Below are positions 59,019 through 64,000 of a stretch of DNA of 64,000 bases, in pieces. The notes under the pieces were generated by a model. The model made no database searches, had not been told where the DNA came from, and saw only the letters and a list, made by a program, of their open reading frames with translations. The stretch is from Blastocystis sp. Blastoise (lineage: Eukaryota > Protista > Bigyra: Opalinata), in NCBI GenBank assembly GCA_039096225.1, contig JBBPEB010000015.1:930001-994000 (forward strand). The letters are read 5' to 3'. Every line of letters begins with the position of its first letter. Position 1 is the first letter of the stretch. The position numbers and the translations under genes were made by a program.

Positions 59019-60668
59019 TTATATATTTTCTTCTTGAATATTATCAATATTAACAACAGTATGTTCTTCTAAAACTTTTTTATTTTGTTTTTCTTGATAA
59101 AATGATGGTTTCTTCCAAAAGTATATAATAATAGAAAGAACACATGTAGTAATATCACCATATAAATAAGAATAAAGTATACCCCAGTAATCTCCACGAA
59201 TATAACATATTAACCAAGCATAAAATATATAAAGTATACAATTTTTTAATAATGCTAATAAACCACCAAGTATTCCTTCTCCTGAAGCTTGTAAAGCAGG
59301 TAATACAGTAAAGAATACACAATTGAAAGGAATAGAAAAAGCCATAAATAGAACTCCAACTTTAAAGACTTCATTAAAAGATTCTGAAGAAGAAAATAAT
59401 TTTCCCATATAAGGAGAAGAAGAAGCAAATAGAATACATAGAATAATCCCTAAGGATAAAGAATAGATTAAACATACTTTTAATACTTCTTTAAATCTAG
59501 AATATAATTTTGCTCCTTTACAATAACTAAGAATAGGTAAACTACCACAAGAAACAGCATAAACAGGTAAAAAAGAAAGTAAAGCCACTTTTGTTAATGA
59601 ACCAACAACACTAACTAATTCTGTTGTTTCTAAAGAATCTTGAGGATAAGGAGAATAAGCAATCATTAAACGATTAAATACAATAGATACAATAGCAGTA
59701 CATGCAGTCATTAAACAGCCAGCCATACCTACACTAAGACCTTTTTTAATTATAACTGGTTTAGGTTTTATATTTTTCCATTGAGGTTTCAAAACACTCT
59801 TTGAAGAAAAATAATAACAAAACCCAGCAATATTTGTAATTATATTTCCAACTACAGAACAATAAGCAGCACCATTTACACCTAAATTAAAAACTTTAAT
59901 AAATACAGGATCCATAATGATATTAAATAATGCTCCAGTTACACGAACCATACAGGAATACATAGCTTGACCTTCAGCACGCATTAAATTACTATGACCA
60001 GTTGATATATTATTAAATAATGAACCAATAGCAATGATTGTAGCATAAGGATAAGCTATTTGCATAGTTCCAGCTTCATCAGTAGCTCCAAGTAATTTTA
60101 ATATGTATGGAGCTAAGGGTATAATAACAAGTGGATAAATAATACCCGACAAAATAGCTAGAAAATATAAATTTCCTAATGTTCTTTCAGCCATTTTTAT
60201 ATTTTTAGATCCTAAGTATCTTCCAAGTACAGTAGCCAAACCAGAACCATACAACATAGCAAGACCCATTTGAAATGCAGTTTCGATTGGAGCTGCATAT
60301 GAAACAGAACCTAATGCCAACGTCCTTTCTTCTTGAGTTGCTCCAGCTAACTGTCCAATATATATAGAATCGATAAATGAATAGGAAGCATTGACTAATT
60401 TCGATATTAAGTCAGGATAAGTTAACTTTAGTACCGTTGAATAGACTGGAGCATCTCCTAAGAACTTTGATTTCTCAATAGCCTTTTTATCTCTTTCTTC
60501 ATCCTTAGTAAGAACATGTTTTTCTGGATTGTTTGGATTTTCGTTCATTCTTTCTTGATTTTTTTCTTTTAAGGATTCTTCTTCAACAGGATTATCCATG
60601 ATTTTATTAGCATTTATATCTTTATCACTCTTCTCCACGGTAGTAGCATCTTGATTATTAGTATTCAT
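59019..60668 (-). CDS. MATE family multidrug efflux transporter (bacterial MepA-like), intronless
   Basis: 549-aa ORF: LKLTYP, YSFIDSIYIGQL, LMRAEG, FNIIMDPVFIKVFNLGVNGAAY, PILSYCKGAK and LQASG, with ~12 TM segments. Confidence 0.92.
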   Translation of the reverse strand: MNTNNQDATTVEKSDKDINANKIMDNPVEEESLKEKNQERMNENPNNPEKHVLTKDEERDKKAIEKSKFLGDAPVYSTVLKLTYPDLISKLVNASYSFIDSIYIGQLAGATQEERTLALGSVSYAAPIETAFQMGLAMLYGSGLATVLGRYLGSKNIKMAERTLGNLYFLAILSGIIYPLVIIPLAPYILKLLGATDEAGTMQIAYPYATIIAIGSLFNNISTGHSNLMRAEGQAMYSCMVRVTGALFNIIMDPVFIKVFNLGVNGAAYCSVVGNIITNIAGFCYYFSSKSVLKPQWKNIKPKPVIIKKGLSVGMAGCLMTACTAIVSIVFNRLMIAYSPYPQDSLETTELVSVVGSLTKVALLSFLPVYAVSCGSLPILSYCKGAKLYSRFKEVLKVCLIYSLSLGIILCILFASSSPYMGKLFSSSESFNEVFKVGVLFMAFSIPFNCVFFTVLPALQASGEGILGGLLALLKNCILYIFYAWLICYIRGDYWGILYSYLYGDITTCVLSIIIYFWKKPSFYQEKQNKKVLEEHTVVNIDNIQEENI

Positions 60669-61080
60669 ACCAAAATTATTCTTAATCTTAACTTCTTATT
60701 AAAATAACTAGATATAGATAAATTAATTTGAATAATACACAAACTTACTTATTCCAAACTTAAATATTTTTATATATTTCTTCTTACAACAATAAATAAT
60801 ACTTAAAAAACACAGACCATTCTAAAGAAGAATTCTGACTGAAAGCTCACCATTGATGATGTCATATTCTTTTAGAACTTCTTTTGCTGATCTCATCATT
60901 CTTGTTTTTTGTTAAAATAGATTCTATTTCTATTCTTTTCATTTTCCCCATGAGAAATCACAACTAATGACTGAAATTTCTATTCTTGTTTGAGATTTTT
61001 CATGAATCGAATATCTTATCTTAAACTCCATACAATTATCATTTTTATTTTATTATTTTTTAATTTTTTGATTTAAACTT

Positions 61081-63143
61081 ATGGCTTATATTGTTGATGT
61101 ATATTATACTTATGATATAATAATAATATATACATGTATAGATTGTAAATCCTAAAGAAACTCCTAGTGTGAGTACATTAGGTGGTAAAGGTTCTTCTTT
61201 GGCAAAGTTAAGTGCTGGAAATTTCCCTGTCCCTGATGGATTCGTTATTACAACTTCTGGATATGAAGCTTTTGCTGAAAAATTAAATTTAGTTGAGAAA
61301 TATTCTACTCTTCATTTAAGAGACTCCATGACACTTGAAGAAGCTGATAGTATCAGTGAAGAAATAAAGGCTTTATTTAGAAGTGGTTCGTTCCCTGAAG
61401 AATATAAAGATGATTTATTAGCTCATATAGAAAGAATGAGAAATGATTCTACATTTGATATCAATCTTCTAGCTGTTCGTTCTTCTGCAACAACTGAAGA
61501 TTTAGCTGATGCATCATTTGCTGGTATGCATGATACAATCATTAATGTGAAGATGACTTTAAAGGATATTAAAGAAGCTGTAATTGAATGTTGGGCATCT
61601 CTCTATACTCCACGTGCTATTCTGTATAGATTTGAAAAGAAATTCCCTATTATCGATACTGCTATTGCTGTTGTTATTCAACGAATGATTCCTTCGGAAA
61701 AATCTGGTGTAATCTTTTCTTGTGATCCTCAAACAAGTTCAAGAGAACATATAGCTCTTGACGGTATTCTTGGACTTGGAGAAGCTCTTGTAAGTGGTAT
61801 GGTTAGTGCTGACCATTGGACTATTCGTAAACATTTTCCTGTTTCTAAGAAACAAACTGAATTAAGAATAACAGATCGTATTATAAATGAACAAGAATTT
61901 GCCTTATATACAAAACCTCAAGGTGGCACTGAAAAAAAATATTTGAATGAAAAAGGAAAGAAACCTGCTTTTACAGATAAAGAAGTATGATTTTTTGTAT
62001 TTTAATTAATATATATAATCGTTGTTATACTCTTATATACTCTATAGATATATGGAATCAGTCAATATTCCGCTGATGTTGAAAAATATTATGGCAAACC
62101 AATGGATATGGAGTTTTGTATATATAAAGATAAGATATACATTGTTCAAGCAAGACCTATTACTACTTTATTAGATTTACCTGAAGGTAAATATTTTTTT
62201 TTTTAATTTATTTATTGCTTATTTATATAGATATGGATCCATTATCTCCTAATTATAAATATTTATATCATAATTGTCTTGGTTATCAATATGTGCAACT
62301 TTTAAATAAACCTTGGAATTATTTAAGTTATTCTTGTTATAATAATATCTTTTTTAAGAATTATAATTATTTCCGTTGGATAGGAGGTTTTCCTTTTATT
62401 GAAATTAATCATATAGTAGCTAATAAAACATTTGAAAATATTTTAGTTACTTTATTTGGTCGATATGAAGATAAAGAAATTGCTTATGTATATTATTTAT
62501 TATTAGGTTGGTTAGGCTAATTTTTATTATAATATTTATTAGGTTTATTATTTTTATTATTATTATTGTATTTTAGTATAATATTTATTATTATTATATT
62601 TATATTTATATTTATACCCTTTATATAGGCTACGGATGAATGGTATAAGAATGATTTATGTTATTTTAATAAGGGTTTATCTACATGGCCATTTATGAAG
62701 CATTTCTTATCTTTTATTGGTTCACATTTAGGTTCCTATATTTGGAATTATTATTTATTCTTTTCACCTAAAAGACTATGTTATAGTTTATCAACTTATC
62801 TTAATAACTGTGTTGATAAATATAATCAAATACTAGAAGATGTTCGTAGTAATGATAATACAAAAATTACTTTAAGATCTTTACAACAAGATGATTTTTG
62901 TTTCTTTAAATATTTTGATGATAATTTTGTATCATTATTTTCTGCTGCTAAAGCAAAAATATTGGTATTAAATCTTTTAAAGAAATATAATATGGGTTCT
63001 GATGAATTACAATCGATGTGTGAAGGAAGAGAACAAAATTTAGCTGCTCAATTAAATTATAAAGTATCCATATTTAAATTACAAATAAAACTTTGTGATA
63101 ATATTAAACATGGATTTAGACAAAATCTAGATGTATATACTTG

Positions 63144-63182
<39 letters not shown>

Positions 63183-63588
63183 TATAAATATTTTTTTATT
63201 TGTTTATTATGTGTTATTATAGGAATTGGTAGAAGATGAAGATGAGAAAGGTATTTTTGATTTATTTAATTCCTTAGAAACTTCATCTATTGTTGAATTC
63301 AAAGAATTGTCGAATCAATGGTTAGAATTAATGGATACTTTCGGTAGAAGAGGTACAGGAGAAATTCTTATTAGTAACCCAAGGTATATATATATAGTAT
63401 ACTTATCATTGTTATATATTAATATATTGATGTTTATTATTTTAATAAGACTCTATCAATATTGTAACTATAGATTTATTGAAAAACCATCAATTTTAAT
63501 AGGAATGGCATTAAATACATCTTTTAAAAATACTGATGATAAATCACCAAGAAGTATAAGTATAAAAGCAGATGAAGCTGTAGATGAA

Positions 63589-63625
<37 letters not shown>

Positions 63626-64000
63626 TTATTATTATTATCTTTTATTATATATATTATTATTATTATCATTTATATAGATATGTTCCTCTATGTCTTCAAG
63701 AGATGCTAGTAAACTTCGTTATTATCTTCCTTTAGTAAGATTAATTATGGCTTATAGAGAACATCATAAATATATTGGTATTACTATCATATATGCTGAA
63801 AAAATTTTAATTCAGAAAATAGCAAAAAGAATGATAAAAGAACATATAATTCAAAAAGAAGATGAAATCTATAATTTTTCTCTTGAAGAATTATGCGATT
63901 ATGATGAAGGAAAACTTGATATTCATTCTATTCAAGAAAAATTATTATATAGAAAGAATGTTTATACAAAAGCTTTTTCTATGTCTTCACCTCGTCTTAT
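61081..64000 (+). CDS. PEP-synthase-type ATP-grasp dikinase with rifampicin phosphotransferase (RPH)-like central domain; runs off the window end
   Basis: 18-nt first exon, then GGKG, VPDGFVITT, AVRSSATTEDLADASFAGMHDT, GLGEALVSG, MDMEF and QARPITTL. Central domain has FGRRGTGEI..SNPRFIEKP and AYREHHKY. The His-swivel domain is expected beyond 64000. Confidence 0.8.

Noticed and set aside
60850-60900. C/D-box-like TGATGA...CTGA in the MATE/RPH intergenic region
   Set aside because: Too short for a snoRNA and expected by chance in AT-rich DNA.
59019-64000. Bacterial contamination or chimeric contig
   Set aside because: The RPH-like gene has spliceosomal introns of the local style, and base composition is continuous with the rest of the window.

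Overview
Very AT-rich, intron-dense eukaryotic nuclear DNA. It uses the standard code, and every complete gene model I traced ends in TAA. Introns are GT-AG, about 35-300 nt, and often filled with (TA)n/(TAT)n microsatellite. Gene content (tandem cathepsin-L-like proteases, an He_PIG/Cys-rich surface protein, an FKBP-TPR-cyclophilin fusion, several bacteria-like metabolic and resistance genes) suggests an anaerobic gut stramenopile such as a low-GC Blastocystis-like lineage; this is inference only. I reconstructed 19 protein-coding genes by hand-splicing: MMS19 (partial), a Ser/Thr kinase, a mitochondrial acyl-CoA-synthetase-like pseudoenzyme, PP4c, TMEM87/GPR107-like, a ~1,200-aa permuted-NlpC/P60 + 2x cNMP-binding + EF-hand-like + degenerate mitochondrial-carrier fusion, DBR1, FCBP, an F-box-like/haspin-like kinase, three cathepsins, a NagA-like pseudoenzyme, a secreted nitrilase-fold protein lacking its catalytic Cys, UTP6, a secreted GH31, a large type-I adhesin-like protein, a MATE pump and a rifampicin-phosphotransferase-like gene (partial). 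The most notable observations are the multi-domain carrier fusion, a recurrent CC(A/G)CGGG(G)AA / TTCCCnnGGGAA motif embedded in coding exons of the 14-30 kb region, the divergent MATE + RPH-like pair, and an intron made purely of G(TA)nG. Most of the short low-complexity ORFs in the supplied track are intronic microsatellite artefacts.
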